64,000 bases of DNA from Candidatus Latescibacterota bacterium (GCA_965226795.1 CBDDDZ010000005.1:2445257-2509256); one strand, 5' to 3'. Positions 1 to 10,569 are shown, counted from the stretch's first letter. Notes: generated by a model from the letters alone, not told the origin. Numbers and translations are program-made.

Positions 1-723
1 GGTCAACCGGACGGAAATGCGCCGCAGGTTTTCCCGGTTCCCGAAGGCACCCACACGTACCCAGAACTTACCAGCCGTATCCCGACCTCTCAGGAGTTCT
101 CTGAGCACCGCCAGCCGCGCCGCGACCGGAAATGGCGGACGATTCGCCGACAGCACGTCGGCCTCCCGCTCTGCTTCCTTATTTCGTGCGGCCAGTACAA
201 GCACCTCTATACGGCCGAGGCGGGCGTGAGACGCAATATCGGAACCCGGAGACGCATCGAGTATGGTCTGAAATACGGCAAGCGCCGAGTCCGGCCGCTG
301 GGTTATCAGGTAAACGGACCCCAACCGATAGCGCGCCAGGGGCGCCAGGGGACTTCCGCGGTATTCGTTCAACAACTGCCTGTATCGGTTCTTCGCACTG
401 ACGTATCGCCCTGAGGGCCCGGCATAGTCCCCTTCCGCCAGTTCAAACAGTGCGTCGTCCGCGAGTTTGTGACCGGGATGGACTTTCAGCAACCGTACGA
501 AATATCCCCGTGATTTCGCTTCTTCCAGGGTCAGGCGCCCCAGATAATAGAGCGCCTCCGGATTGTCGGGCTCGGCGCTCAGTCGGCGGGCGAACGCCTC
601 TTTGGCCCGGTCAAACCGCCCGTCTCTGAACAGCGTGACCGGGTCCGCGGGTTCGGAATGCAACGGAATGACCGGCAAACCCAGTAAACAGAGGAAGCTT
701 ATGCGCCGGATTCGTGTCAACAT
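1..723 (-). CDS. TPR/SPOR-domain protein, partial (3' end runs off window start)
   Basis: Own translation of the minus strand from ATG at 723..721 (MLTRIRRISFLCLLGLPVIPLHS...) with no stop to position 1. N-terminal signal-peptide-like segment, TPR-like helices, C-terminal FWVRVGAFGNRENLRRISVRL resembling the SPOR peptidoglycan-binding motif. Not in the ORF track because it is truncated by the window edge. Confidence 0.55.
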   Translation of the reverse strand, partial: MLTRIRRISFLCLLGLPVIPLHSEPADPVTLFRDGRFDRAKEAFARRLSAEPDNPEALYYLGRLTLEEAKSRGYFVRLLKVHPGHKLADDALFELAEGDYAGPSGRYVSAKNRYRQLLNEYRGSPLAPLARYRLGSVYLITQRPDSALAVFQTILDASPGSDIASHARLGRIEVLVLAARNKEAEREADVLSANRPPFPVAARLAVLRELLRGRDTAGKFWVRVGAFGNRENLRRISVRLT

Positions 724-1006
724 CCGGTTGCGCCTATCAGTGCTCATACGGATTCAACGCCATCGCCGGCGTCCGGAAACGGCCTGGATGGAACGCGCCA
801 CGGGCGATTGTGATTCCACGATATGCCTTCAGCCGCGAATCCATCGTTCATCCGCCTGTGGACGGCGCAGGCCGGGCGGCCCGCTGCCGGGCTTATTGTG
901 GCTCGGGTTGGACGAATGTCGCCAGAGATTCTGGGTCGCACCAGGTACAACGGCCTGACGGACACACGATCAGGGAAACGTCTCGTACCGGCGGTTCCCA
1001 AGGTTG

Positions 1007-2311
1007 TCACACCAGCCTTCCGATGACCCGGTCGGGATGCACATCGAGCAACCGCACAGGCACGATGGTATTCTTCGCGCTTTCAGGGCCCGGGGCGAAC
1101 ACACGGATGTAGTTGTCGGTAACGCCCTGCAGATACCCCGTGCCCAGCTCGCGCCTGTCCTCGAACAATACGTGCATCGTCCGCCCCGAAAAACGACGGC
1201 AGAAGGCTTCTGTTTTCCGCGCGCCAAGACGCCTCAGGAGCGCGCCTCGCCGCTTCTTCACGGCGGGATCCACCTCACCGCCCATTCGCGCGGCCGCTGT
1301 GCCGCTCCGCGGTGAATAGGGAAACACGTGCAGGAACGCCAGTGGGCCCTTGTCGATCAGGTCAAACGTGTTGGCGAACGCCTCGTCGGTCTCACCCGGG
1401 AATCCGACCATTACATCCGCGCCCAGGCCGATTTCTGGAACCCGGTCCGCCAGCGTCTCGATCAGCGAGAGATATCGCGCCCGGGTATACGGCCTGCGCA
1501 TCGATCTCAGAATCCCATCGTCTCCGCTCTGCAACGGAATATGCAGATGCCTGGAGAACCTGGACGAGGTTGAGAAGAAATCGACCATTGCATCGCTTAT
1601 AAACGACGCTTCGATCGAACTCACTCTAAACCGCCGAAGTTCCTTTATCTGCTCGATTGCCTCAAACAAGTCGAGCAGAGCGAGGCCATCCAGATCCCCG
1701 CCGTAGTCGCCAATATGAACACCTGCAAGTACGACCTCCTGGTAACCCACGTCAACCAACCGCCGCACCTGATCGAGACAGCTCTGCAGACCGCGGCTCC
1801 GGCTCCGGCCTCTCGCAAACGGAATGATGCAGAAAGAGCAGAACTCGTTGCATCCCTCCTGAATCTTAACGAACGCCCGCGCCCTGCCGCCGAAATTAAA
1901 GATATCCATTTCCTGAAATTCGGCGGTTCGACGTCGGGTCACGTAACTTCGACCGATGGAGCAGGTATCGTTGATCAGATCCAGCAGCCGGGTCTTCTCC
2001 GCCGTGCCGACAACCAGATCGACTTCCGGCATATCGATCAGTACATCGGGATCGGTCTGCGCATAGCACCCCATGGCCACCACCGTGCCTTCGGGCGATA
2101 TCCGATGCGCCCGACGCAGCATCTGCCTGGACTGTGCGGCGCCCTGTCCCGTCACCGTGCAGGTATTCACCACCGTCACATCGGCTGGCCGGCCAAACGC
2201 CACCTCCCGGTACCCCGCCTGTCTGAATTGCTCGCGGTACCATTCCGTATCGTAGGTATTCAACTTGCACCCCAGTGTATAAAACGACACGGTTTTGTCG
2301 TTCCCGTTCAT
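1007..2311 (-). CDS. mtaB: tRNA methylthiotransferase, MtaB-like radical SAM MTTase
   Basis: N-terminal VSFYTLGCKLN (MTTase domain), radical SAM CNEFCSFC, C-terminal TRAM-like region; start set to internal Met (MNGNDKTVSFYTLGC). Confidence 0.85.
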   Translation of the reverse strand: MNGNDKTVSFYTLGCKLNTYDTEWYREQFRQAGYREVAFGRPADVTVVNTCTVTGQGAAQSRQMLRRAHRISPEGTVVAMGCYAQTDPDVLIDMPEVDLVVGTAEKTRLLDLINDTCSIGRSYVTRRRTAEFQEMDIFNFGGRARAFVKIQEGCNEFCSFCIIPFARGRSRSRGLQSCLDQVRRLVDVGYQEVVLAGVHIGDYGGDLDGLALLDLFEAIEQIKELRRFRVSSIEASFISDAMVDFFSTSSRFSRHLHIPLQSGDDGILRSMRRPYTRARYLSLIETLADRVPEIGLGADVMVGFPGETDEAFANTFDLIDKGPLAFLHVFPYSPRSGTAAARMGGEVDPAVKKRRGALLRRLGARKTEAFCRRFSGRTMHVLFEDRRELGTGYLQGVTDNYIRVFAPGPESAKNTIVPVRLLDVHPDRVIGRLV

Positions 2312-2578
2312 CCGTCCGTTTCCTCGTATTCGCCGCGTTGCTTGCACTGCTTGCGCTGAGCTTGTCGAAATGCCCGCGTTTCGCTACCCTTCGACAGGAT
2401 CTGTGGGCACCGTTTGGCGCTCTTCACTGCCCTTCGCCGACCCTTCGACAAGCTCAAGGCGACGGCTCAGGATTCAGGCCCAATGTCGTTAGTTTCGGGC
2501 GTTGCTTGCGTTGGCCTGTCAAAACGCGCTCGCCGGTCTTGCACACCGAACTCCATGTTGCCGGTTGGGACCATAAGA

Positions 2579-2635
2579 CAAAGAGTTGAGGACAACTCCC
2601 CAACTCTTTGTTTCGAACGAACCGGTTGTTCGAAA
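2579..2635 (-). terminator. Two adjacent hairpins immediately downstream of rpsA stop
   Basis: Inverted repeats caaagagttg...caactctttg (2579-2610) and tttcgaac...gttcgaaa (2611-2635) directly after the rpsA stop codon on the minus strand; the U-tract is weak. Confidence 0.4.
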
Positions 2636-2638
2636 TTC

Positions 2639-4615
2639 CTAAACATCCGATTTCGACGCGTCCCCCGTCTCATCGGTCGTATCGGAAGTCTCCGCCGAAG
2701 GCGGGCTGTCTTCGCCGGCAACGTCTTCCGTAGACTCGGTTTCCGCCTCGTCCGTGGGCTCTCCGGCGAGGGCTCCGGGATCCACAGACTCGGTTTCCGC
2801 CCCGTCCGCGGGCTCTCCGGCGGGGGCTCCGGGATCCACGGCCGAATCTGCATCCCCAGCCGATTCTTCTGAACCGGCGGCAGCGCCCACCACCTCGCCC
2901 ACCGTGACGGGTTTCGGCCCGTGGCTTTCAATATAGGCATCGATCTCGGCCTGTTCGACGTCGCGTAGATATTCCTTCACGCTCAACACGATCTTGCGTT
3001 GCTCTTCATCGAATTCAACGACCTTGATCGGCAACTCGTCCTGTTCCGAGAAGTGGGTCTGAGGGGTCTGTAGATCCGACAGGCCCAACTGCGAAACCGG
3101 AATGAAACCTTCGACGTCGCCTTCCAGGTCGACCACGACCCCGCGTTCCAACAACCGGGTTATTCTACCGGCTGCAGTCTTGCCTACCGCGTACTGAACG
3201 GCCAGTTCGGGCCAGGGGTTTTCGATGGTCTGCTTGTGGCCCAGTGAGATACGACGACGTCTTTTGTCGATATTGAGGACGACCACGTCGACCTGCTCTC
3301 CCTTCTTGACGACGTCGCTGGGATGACGCACACGGCGGGTCCATGACATATCGGAAATATGAACCAGGCCGTCGATGCCCTCTTCGATTTCCACAAACGC
3401 GCCGAAGTTGACCAGGTTCCGCACCAGGCCCGTCAAGCGTGTACCCACGGGATATTTCTCGTCCAGCGAAAGCCAGGGGTCATCGGCTGTCTGCTTCAGG
3501 CCAAGCGAAATTTTCTGACCCTCTTTGTCCACGTTTAGAATTACGACCTTCAACTGGTCGCCTATGGAAACAAGCTTGGACGGATGGCGGATATGCTGTG
3601 TCCAGGACATCTCCGAAATGTGGACCAGGCCCTCCACGCCCTGCTCCAATTCCACAAACGCTCCGTAGTCTGTGATGCTCACCACTTTGCCGTCCACCCT
3701 GGTGCTAACCGGATATTTGTCTTCGACATTCTCCCAGGGATGCGGCGTAAGTTGCTTCATACCCAGAGAGATCCGCTCGCGCTCCTCGTCGTAGTTGAGA
3801 ACCTTAACCTGAATATTGTCGCCAATGGACAACACTTCCGAAGGATGTCCGATCCGGCCCCAGGAAATATCGGTAATGTGCAACAAACCGTCCAGCCCCC
3901 CCAGGTCGATAAACCCACCGAAATCAGTGATGTTCTTCACCGCGCCTTCTCGAACCTGGCCGACTTCCAGCGTTTCAAGAATCTGTTTGCGCAGGCGCTC
4001 CCGCTCAGCTTCCAGCACGACACGCCTGGAAACGACGATATTACGCCGGTTCTTGTTGAGTTTGATGATGCGAAAGGGGAAAACCTCGCCAATGAACTGA
4101 TCGAAATTCTTCACCTGCTTGATATCGATCTGGGATCCGGGCAGGAAAGCGTCGACTCCGAACAGATCCACCACAATACCGCCCTTGATACGGCGAGCCA
4201 GCCGGCCCTCAACGATCTGATCGCTGTCGAAGGCGTCTTTTATACGGTCCCACACCCGCATAAAGTCGGCCTTCTGTTTGGACAGCACAATCTGGCCTTC
4301 CTGGTCTTCCACATCTTCGAGATAGACCTCGATTTCCTGCCCCACCTCGACTTCCGACGGGTCGGCAAACTCGGAAAGCGGTATGGCGCCTTCGGATTTG
4401 AATCCGATATCGACGACAACCGAGTTCTCCACGACCGCCAGAACGGTCCCGGAGACAATCTCACCCTGGGTGATATTGCTCATCGTATCTTCATACAGAC
4501 TCATCATCGAGGCGAATTCCTCTTCCGAGTATTCGCGCTCGTCCAACGCGTCCAGGGCTTCCTCGCTCGAAAGTTGCGAAACGGTCTGGCGTGCGGTGTT
4601 GTTTTCTTCCGACAT
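2639..4615 (-). CDS. rpsA: 30S ribosomal protein S1 with acidic C-terminal extension
   Basis: Multiple S1 domains (GEIVSGTVLAVVENSVVVDIGFKSEGAIPLSEF; repeated ...G..V.G.V......GAFVE...G..GL.HIS motifs), 658 aa. Confidence 0.95.
   Translation of the reverse strand: MSEENNTARQTVSQLSSEEALDALDEREYSEEEFASMMSLYEDTMSNITQGEIVSGTVLAVVENSVVVDIGFKSEGAIPLSEFADPSEVEVGQEIEVYLEDVEDQEGQIVLSKQKADFMRVWDRIKDAFDSDQIVEGRLARRIKGGIVVDLFGVDAFLPGSQIDIKQVKNFDQFIGEVFPFRIIKLNKNRRNIVVSRRVVLEAERERLRKQILETLEVGQVREGAVKNITDFGGFIDLGGLDGLLHITDISWGRIGHPSEVLSIGDNIQVKVLNYDEERERISLGMKQLTPHPWENVEDKYPVSTRVDGKVVSITDYGAFVELEQGVEGLVHISEMSWTQHIRHPSKLVSIGDQLKVVILNVDKEGQKISLGLKQTADDPWLSLDEKYPVGTRLTGLVRNLVNFGAFVEIEEGIDGLVHISDMSWTRRVRHPSDVVKKGEQVDVVVLNIDKRRRRISLGHKQTIENPWPELAVQYAVGKTAAGRITRLLERGVVVDLEGDVEGFIPVSQLGLSDLQTPQTHFSEQDELPIKVVEFDEEQRKIVLSVKEYLRDVEQAEIDAYIESHGPKPVTVGEVVGAAAGSEESAGDADSAVDPGAPAGEPADGAETESVDPGALAGEPTDEAETESTEDVAGEDSPPSAETSDTTDETGDASKSDV
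2733..2840. repeat. 54-bp in-frame tandem duplication (2 copies) inside the rpsA 3' acidic tail
   Basis: gactcggtttccgcc[t/c]cgtccg[t/c]gggctctccggcg[a/g]gggctccgggatccac[a/g] repeated head-to-tail with period 54; encodes the repeated peptide GAETESVDPGA(P/L)AGEP. Confidence 0.8.
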
Positions 4616-4729
4616 GAAACAGCGACCTCCTTGACCGTTCCGCTAGAGGCTGTTGCCCCGGACTTGCGGTTCGGCGTAAAAATACCGGGAAAAGACGGAG
4701 ACCGGATCTCCGCAGGGACCTTACCGACG

Positions 4730-5404
4730 CTAAAGCATGGAACCCATCGCAGGCGGGCCGGTATTGCGCCTGCGCGGCCTCAGGTTACCTATTCTGTGCA
4801 TCACCTCGCTACTGATGGAATGATACGCGGCCCGCCGCCTGGCGGGCAACCCGGTTGGAGATACGCAAACCGGTTTACCGAACCGCACCGTCACGCGGTT
4901 AAGACCGATCAGACTCGTCCAGATGTTGACCGTACCGGAAATGTAGACCGGAACCACGGGAACCCGCGCCCGGTAAGCCAACATACCGACGCCGTCCTTG
5001 GGCGGCCTCAGTCTGGATGTCTTGTTACGCGTGCCCTCCGGCGAAATAAACATCGCACCGCCGGCCCTGAGACACTGTTCGATACACCGCAATGCGCCCC
5101 GGTCCCCACGAGACCGGTCGATTGGCATCGCGTTCAGCTTCCGAATCAGCCAGCCGAGAATCGGAACGGGAAACGCTTCCTGCTTGGTAACATACGAAAG
5201 TTCACGGCCCGCCGCAACTCCGATAAATACGGCATCCGCAAAGGAAGCATGGTTACTCGCCAGAATGACGCCGCCCCGGCGCGGCACAAAATGACCGCCG
5301 GCGACACGGAGCCGAAACAGGCAGATGCATGCTCCGGCGCCAAGCGCCCAGATGAACCGATAGAAGAGATTGCCCGGTCGCCCGGTGTAAATGTCTGTCC
5401 GCAT
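4730..5404 (-). CDS. plsC: 1-acyl-sn-glycerol-3-phosphate acyltransferase (lysophospholipid acyltransferase)
   Basis: NHASFAD (HX4D acyltransferase motif) and FPEG-like PEGTR motif; start chosen at internal Met to avoid overlap with cmk, start uncertain. Confidence 0.8.
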   Translation of the reverse strand: MRTDIYTGRPGNLFYRFIWALGAGACICLFRLRVAGGHFVPRRGGVILASNHASFADAVFIGVAAGRELSYVTKQEAFPVPILGWLIRKLNAMPIDRSRGDRGALRCIEQCLRAGGAMFISPEGTRNKTSRLRPPKDGVGMLAYRARVPVVPVYISGTVNIWTSLIGLNRVTVRFGKPVCVSPTGLPARRRAAYHSISSEVMHRIGNLRPRRRNTGPPAMGSML

Positions 5405-5423
5405 CGTGAGCCCGTGGATCTCC

Positions 5424-6104
5424 TTAAAGGCCGCGTTCGCGCGCAAGCTCCACCACGCGGGCGACCTGTGCATCGATACTCAGGCCGGTGGTATCCACCT
5501 CTATTGCATCCGAAGCCGGCCACGATCCGGAACGCCGCTGCGTGGCCCTGTCACGCGCGTCACGCGCGTGAATCTGAGCCGTCAACACATCCAGAGGCGT
5601 CCGTTCGCCTCGATCAAGCAAAGCCCGTTGCTGCCGCAGCGCCCGTTCAGCGACATCCGCGACGAGAAACACTTTCAGATCCGCGCCAGGAAAAACCGCC
5701 GTTCCCGTATCCCGGCCTTCAAGCACGATACCTCCGTCGGCGCCCATCTCCTTCTGGCGCGCCACGAGGATCTCTCGAACCGCGGTGTGCACGGCCACCC
5801 GGGAGGCGGCATCGGCAACTTCCGGAGTACGGATCCTGCCGGTCACGTCCTCGCCGTCGATCAGAACCCGCTGGCCGCCGTCCTCCAGCCGAAAATCAAA
5901 TTTCAACGATGCGGCCGTCTCGGACGACGCGGTCGCATCGTCCGGGCTGACACCCTTACAAATCAGGGTCCATCCCAGCGCGCGGTACATGGCGCCGGTA
6001 TCCAGATAAAGATATCCCAGCCTGTTGGCGACACACTGAGCCGTTGTACTCTTGCCCGACCCCGCAGGACCGTCGATGGCAATCACGATTCCCCTTTTGC
6101 CCAT
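5424..6104 (-). CDS. cmk: Cytidylate kinase
   Basis: IVIAIDGPAGSGKSTTAQCVANRLGYLYLDTGAMYRA P-loop and Cmk signature; start at MGKRGIV. Confidence 0.9.
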   Translation of the reverse strand: MGKRGIVIAIDGPAGSGKSTTAQCVANRLGYLYLDTGAMYRALGWTLICKGVSPDDATASSETAASLKFDFRLEDGGQRVLIDGEDVTGRIRTPEVADAASRVAVHTAVREILVARQKEMGADGGIVLEGRDTGTAVFPGADLKVFLVADVAERALRQQRALLDRGERTPLDVLTAQIHARDARDRATQRRSGSWPASDAIEVDTTGLSIDAQVARVVELARERGL

Positions 6105-6126
6105 CACAACCCTCCGCCCTCGATTG

Positions 6127-6876
6127 CTACGGAATCGGTTTCCCTCCATCCGCGCCGACACGTCGCGCATCCGGCGCTACGCCCGCCCCGCGGGGGTCGG
6201 AGACCGTTCCAGACCCGTCTTCGGCGCCGGCACCCGGATTCCCCGCCTCCCCCTCCGGGCGGACCATCGGTTCCAGGAGACCGCCTGGAGAAGACGCCGC
6301 GGCTGCCTTGTCGGTCAGCAACTCATCCAATTCCCGGACCTTTGGCAGATCCGACAACGTCTTCAGTCCGAAGTGCTTTAAAAAGTCCCGCGTCGTTCCA
6401 TAAAGCAGCGGCCTTCCGGGGGCGTCCGACCGGCCGGCGATGCGGATCAATCCCCTCTCGAGCAGGTGCCGCACCACCCCGTCCACCGACACCCCGCGAA
6501 TGTGTTCCACCTCGGCCTTCATAACCGGCTGCTTGAATACGATGATGGCAAGCGTTTCCAGGGCTGCCGACGACAGACGGACGGGCGCCTTTTCTTTCAG
6601 AAGTCGCCGTATCCATGCGCCGTATTCCGAATGCACCATGAACTGGAATCCGCCGGCGATTTCCGAGATTTTAAAGCTGCGCCCGGTCCGGCCGTACTGC
6701 TCGTTCAGGTCTTCCACGTACGCACGCACGTCTCCAGGCCGCAGCCCATCCAGTATCGAAGCTATCTGGCTGGCGCCCAGCGGTCTGTCCGACGCCATCA
6801 ACAACGCCTCCAGAATACCCTGATTGCGCGCGTCTTCATCCGACGCGACCGGGTTTATGCCATACGATTCGCGCAT
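6127..6876 (-). CDS. scpB: Segregation and condensation protein B
   Basis: ScpB winged-helix repeats (ILEALLMASDRPL..., ALETLAIIVFKQPVMKAEVEHIRGV), low-complexity Gly/Ala/Pro C-terminal tail; located downstream of scpA. Confidence 0.9.
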   Translation of the reverse strand: MRESYGINPVASDEDARNQGILEALLMASDRPLGASQIASILDGLRPGDVRAYVEDLNEQYGRTGRSFKISEIAGGFQFMVHSEYGAWIRRLLKEKAPVRLSSAALETLAIIVFKQPVMKAEVEHIRGVSVDGVVRHLLERGLIRIAGRSDAPGRPLLYGTTRDFLKHFGLKTLSDLPKVRELDELLTDKAAAASSPGGLLEPMVRPEGEAGNPGAGAEDGSGTVSDPRGAGVAPDARRVGADGGKPIP

Positions 6877-6960
6877 AGAAAGGATACGAGATTGGATTGA
6901 ATTCCCAATCGACTGAAGCAGCTTCGGGCCCGTGACGCGCGGCCGATGGACGTATCACGG

Positions 6961-7764
6961 TCAGTGTTCGGACGCCGATTCCGAACCAGGCTCTGATTTA
7001 TCCTCATCACGTCCGTAAACCCAGATTTCGCCTTCCGATTCGCTCTGTCTGGCAAGGGCCCGCCCGGTCTTGATCAGTTCGAGCAGGGCGATGAATGTGA
7101 CAATGAGGACTATTCGCGGTAGACCGGAGACCAGATCCGAGAACTGAACCCGATGCTTTTTTTCCAGTATGTCCAGGACGACCTCCATTCGTTCTTCGGT
7201 CGTCACTTCCAGCTGATGAACGTCGTGGTAATCTGCTTTCGGCGCAGCGATGAGGGCCATTCTGAACGACGCCATCAGATCGAACAGACTCACCGAGCCG
7301 CAGGTTGCCAACGGATCCTGTTCGACCTCGTCGATTTCTCCGGTATCCAGTGCGGCCCCCCGGTAAAAGCAATCCCGATGCAAATCCTGCTTATCTTCGA
7401 GCCAGTTGGCCACTTCTTTGAATTGCTGGTATTCCAGCAGGCGCCGAACCAGTTCTTCTCTGGGATCCTCTTCCTCCTCGTCCGCATCGGGATCTGCAGG
7501 CAGCAACATGCGTGACTTGATCTTCATCAGGGTGGCCGCCATGACCAGAAAATCTCCGGCAGGTTCCAGATTGAGCGTCTGCATCACTTCGACAAACTCC
7601 AGAAACTGCCGTGTGACATCGGCGATGGGGATATCGTAAACGTCGATCTCATTCTTGCGAATCAGAAAAAGCAGCAGATCCAGCGGTCCTTCGAAAACAT
7701 CCAGCTTCACCCCGTAGGCGTCGCCCCCGGCGTTTCCCTGAATTGCCAGCGATTCGGCACTCAT
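6961..7764 (-). CDS. scpA: Segregation and condensation protein A
   Basis: LDVFEGPLDLLLFLIRKNEIDVYDIPIADVTRQFLEFVE kleisin N-terminal signature. Confidence 0.9.
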   Translation of the reverse strand: MSAESLAIQGNAGGDAYGVKLDVFEGPLDLLLFLIRKNEIDVYDIPIADVTRQFLEFVEVMQTLNLEPAGDFLVMAATLMKIKSRMLLPADPDADEEEEDPREELVRRLLEYQQFKEVANWLEDKQDLHRDCFYRGAALDTGEIDEVEQDPLATCGSVSLFDLMASFRMALIAAPKADYHDVHQLEVTTEERMEVVLDILEKKHRVQFSDLVSGLPRIVLIVTFIALLELIKTGRALARQSESEGEIWVYGRDEDKSEPGSESASEH

Positions 7765-7868
7765 TGGAGAAATCTCCCCTGACGTTTTGCCGGTTCCCCA
7801 ACCTGGTCTTTACGCGGGGCGGAGAACTGATGTATCCCCGCGCGGTTCCGGCTCCTGGAGCCCGCGCT

Positions 7869-8483
7869 TCAATCCATAAACAGATACGGCCGCCACCGAC
7901 GGTCCGGCACTCCGATCAACTGGCTGATGGAGGTGACCGTGCTGGGCTTGCGAGGTCGGCGCAACAGATTGATTCCGGCCTGTTCCGGCGTTTGATTGCC
8001 CTTGAGATTATTGCAGGGCAGACAGGCACACACCAGATTCTCCCACGTGTCCCGTCCGTTTCCGGTACGGGGAACCACATGGTCGACTGTCATTGGACCC
8101 TTCCGGGTACCGCAATACTGGCACCGATGTCCATCCCGTTTCAGGACGTTTTTTTTGGAGAGTGCGAGTTGTTTGGGGGCAACGCGAACGTAAAGCCCGA
8201 GGCGTACGACACTGGGCACCGGAAACCGTTCGGAAACCGTTCGGACATACAGATCCAACGCTTCAATGACCTCTGCCCGCCCACGAAACACGAGAACAAT
8301 AGCCCGCCGTACGCTACACACCTGGATGGGTTCGTAACTCTGATTCAGAACCAGAACCGGCCGGTTTAGCAATGGCACACACCCCCTTTTGCAGCAGCCC
8401 GGGGCGAAATAGACTGAACGCCGCTGAAGCCGTCGGCCTGCACTACAGATGATCCGTTCCGTCGCCGTCACCAGACCGGCCAT
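7869..8483 (-). CDS. HNH endonuclease (COG1403/McrA-like), standalone
   Basis: HRCQYCG...TVDHVVP...NLVCACLPCNNLKGN HNH motif with Cys4; N-terminal VLVLNQSYEP segment typical of this small HNH family; AT-rich promoter-like leader upstream of ATG at 8483. Confidence 0.75.
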   Translation of the reverse strand: MAGLVTATERIICSAGRRLQRRSVYFAPGCCKRGCVPLLNRPVLVLNQSYEPIQVCSVRRAIVLVFRGRAEVIEALDLYVRTVSERFPVPSVVRLGLYVRVAPKQLALSKKNVLKRDGHRCQYCGTRKGPMTVDHVVPRTGNGRDTWENLVCACLPCNNLKGNQTPEQAGINLLRRPRKPSTVTSISQLIGVPDRRWRPYLFMD

Positions 8484-8669
8484 GCCCGCAGGATTTCACT
8501 TAAAAGAAGAAAAATAAAGCCTTTATAATACCATGTCAAGCGTTTACGACGCACCGGAAATTAAGACCGCCTGGGCACGTCTGCCCCGGATCGGCGACCC
8601 GTGGGGCGATCTTGAACACTCGGGTCGTCGAGCCCCCGTCGGTGATGGATCGGAGGGCTTAATTGGCTG

Positions 8670-9056
8670 CTATCGCTCTTCGATAAGTTCGCCATAGGCC
8701 TGCGGGCTGAGAAGCGATTCGAGTTCGTCACCGTTGGTTATCCGAACCACGATCATCCAGCCCTCACCGTATGGATCCGAGTTGATCGGAGCCGCATCCT
8801 CGCCGAGTTCCTCGTGAACCTCGAGCACTTCGCCCGACACGGGCGCGAAAAGGTCTTCCACCGTCTTCACCGCCTCGATCGTCCCAAAGGCCTCGCCCTG
8901 CTCGATCTGATCTCCCGGTTCCGGCAATTCGGCAAAGACGATATCGCCCAACTCACCCTGCGCATAGTCTGTGATGCCAATCGTGCACCGTTCACCCTCG
9001 ATACGTATCCATTCGTGCTCTGCAGTGTACAGGAGGCCTTCCGGAATCTCCGACAT
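8670..9056 (-). CDS. gcvH: Glycine cleavage system H protein
   Basis: YTAEHEWIRIEGERCTIGITDYAQ...EAVKTVEDLFAPVSGEV with lipoyl-lysine motif. Confidence 0.95.
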   Translation of the reverse strand: MSEIPEGLLYTAEHEWIRIEGERCTIGITDYAQGELGDIVFAELPEPGDQIEQGEAFGTIEAVKTVEDLFAPVSGEVLEVHEELGEDAAPINSDPYGEGWMIVVRITNGDELESLLSPQAYGELIEER

Positions 9057-9157
9057 GATTCTTGACTCCCGATAATAAAGAATACTGAAAATGTTCCGCG
9101 TGGGTCGCTCGCCGTCCCGACTGTTGTTACCTTAATTGTCCGGGGTCCCCCCGAAGC

Positions 9158-10516
9158 TCAACCTCCATACCCCAACCTGGCCACGAATTCCGTGTCGATC
9201 CGACCCTGACGAAAATCGGAATGCCGCATCGCTCTGAGATGAAATGGAATGGTTGTAGGGATTCCCTCGATCACGAATTCCTCGAGCGCACGGACCATGC
9301 GCACCGTTGCTTCCTCACGGGTGTCTCCATACGCCAGCAACTTGGCAAGGAGCGAATCATAGTGGGAGGGGACACGATAGCCGGCATATGCATGTGAATC
9401 GATCCGGATGCCCGGCCCGCCCGGCGCATGGAAAGTGCTGATTTCCCCCGCGAACGGTCGGAAGTTGTGGTCGGGATCCTCCGCGTTAATGCGGCATTCG
9501 ATGGCGTGCCCCGACGGCTGTACGTCTACCTGGGCAAACGGAAGCGGCTCTCCCGCGGCCACCCGGATCTGGGTCTTCACCAGATCGATTCCCGTTACCA
9601 TCTCCGTGACCGGATGCTCGACCTGAATGCGGGTATTCATTTCCATAAAATAAAAGCGCCCCGAAGCATCCAGCAGGAATTCCACGGTTCCGGCGCCCGA
9701 ATATCCCACCGCCCTGGCCCCCGCAACGGCTTCTCTTCCCATCCGCCCGCGCAGGTCCTCGTCGACCACGGGCGAAGGAGACTCCTCGATCAGCTTCTGA
9801 TGACGCCGCTGGATGGAACACTCACGCTCACCCAGATGAACGATGTTGCCGGCCTGGTCGCCCATAACCTGAATTTCTATGTGTCGGGGCGCCACGATTT
9901 CCTTTTCCAGATAAAGCGTGCCCGACGTAAACGCGGCGGACGCCTCGGCCTGCGCCGCATTCCAGGCCCGCTCGAGGCCCTCCGCCGAGTTCACGGTGCG
10001 CATGCCCCTTCCGCCACCCCCGGCAACTGCTTTCACGCGAATCGGGTAACCGATCTCTTCGGCGGACCGCTCCGCCTCGTTAAGTGTGTGCAATACCCCC
10101 GTGCCGGGCGCTACCGGCACGTCCGCGGCCAGCATCGTTTCCCGCGCGACGGCTTTGTCACCCATCCTGCGAATGGCCTCCGGCGACGGTCCAATGAACA
10201 CAAAGCCGCACGAAGCGCACATCTCGGCAAAATCCGCGTTCTCGGCCAACGGACCGTACCCGGGGTGAATCGCATCGGCGTTGGTCACTTCCGCGGCGCT
10301 CAGAATACGCGGGATGTTCCGATAGCTCTGGTCTCCGGGAGGCGGCCCGATGCAGACATCCTCGTCGGCAACACCGATATGCAGTGAATTGGCATCGGCC
10401 TCGGAATGCACCGCGATTGTCCGGATGCCGAGTTCCTTGCATGCCCGGATGACACGCACGGCGATTTCGCCCCGGTCGGCAATAAGGATTTTATCGAATA
10501 AGGGAGTGGATGACAC
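9158..10516 (-). CDS. accC: Acetyl-CoA carboxylase biotin carboxylase subunit
   Basis: [40 protein letters not shown]; ATP-grasp; 452 aa; directly downstream of accB. Confidence 0.95.
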   Translation of the reverse strand: MSSTPLFDKILIADRGEIAVRVIRACKELGIRTIAVHSEADANSLHIGVADEDVCIGPPPGDQSYRNIPRILSAAEVTNADAIHPGYGPLAENADFAEMCASCGFVFIGPSPEAIRRMGDKAVARETMLAADVPVAPGTGVLHTLNEAERSAEEIGYPIRVKAVAGGGGRGMRTVNSAEGLERAWNAAQAEASAAFTSGTLYLEKEIVAPRHIEIQVMGDQAGNIVHLGERECSIQRRHQKLIEESPSPVVDEDLRGRMGREAVAGARAVGYSGAGTVEFLLDASGRFYFMEMNTRIQVEHPVTEMVTGIDLVKTQIRVAAGEPLPFAQVDVQPSGHAIECRINAEDPDHNFRPFAGEISTFHAPGGPGIRIDSHAYAGYRVPSHYDSLLAKLLAYGDTREEATVRMVRALEEFVIEGIPTTIPFHLRAMRHSDFRQGRIDTEFVARLGYGG

Positions 10517-10569
10517 GATTGGTTCGGTGGGAAGGCGGCCGGAACCGCCGCAGGGGTGAAAGAAGCGCT

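Noticed and set aside
17-1112. Several plus-strand ORFs (17..229, 132..401, 563..958, 714..1112) at the window start
   Set aside because: Arg/Ala/Pro-rich high-GC shadow ORFs antisense to the better-supported minus-strand TPR/SPOR gene; no recognisable motifs.
3584-5950. 788-aa plus-strand ORF
   Set aside because: Antisense to rpsA, plsC and cmk; composition (R/P/G/A rich) typical of a GC-rich antisense artefact.
9428-10387. 319-aa plus-strand ORF
   Set aside because: Antisense to accC, which has unambiguous conserved motifs.
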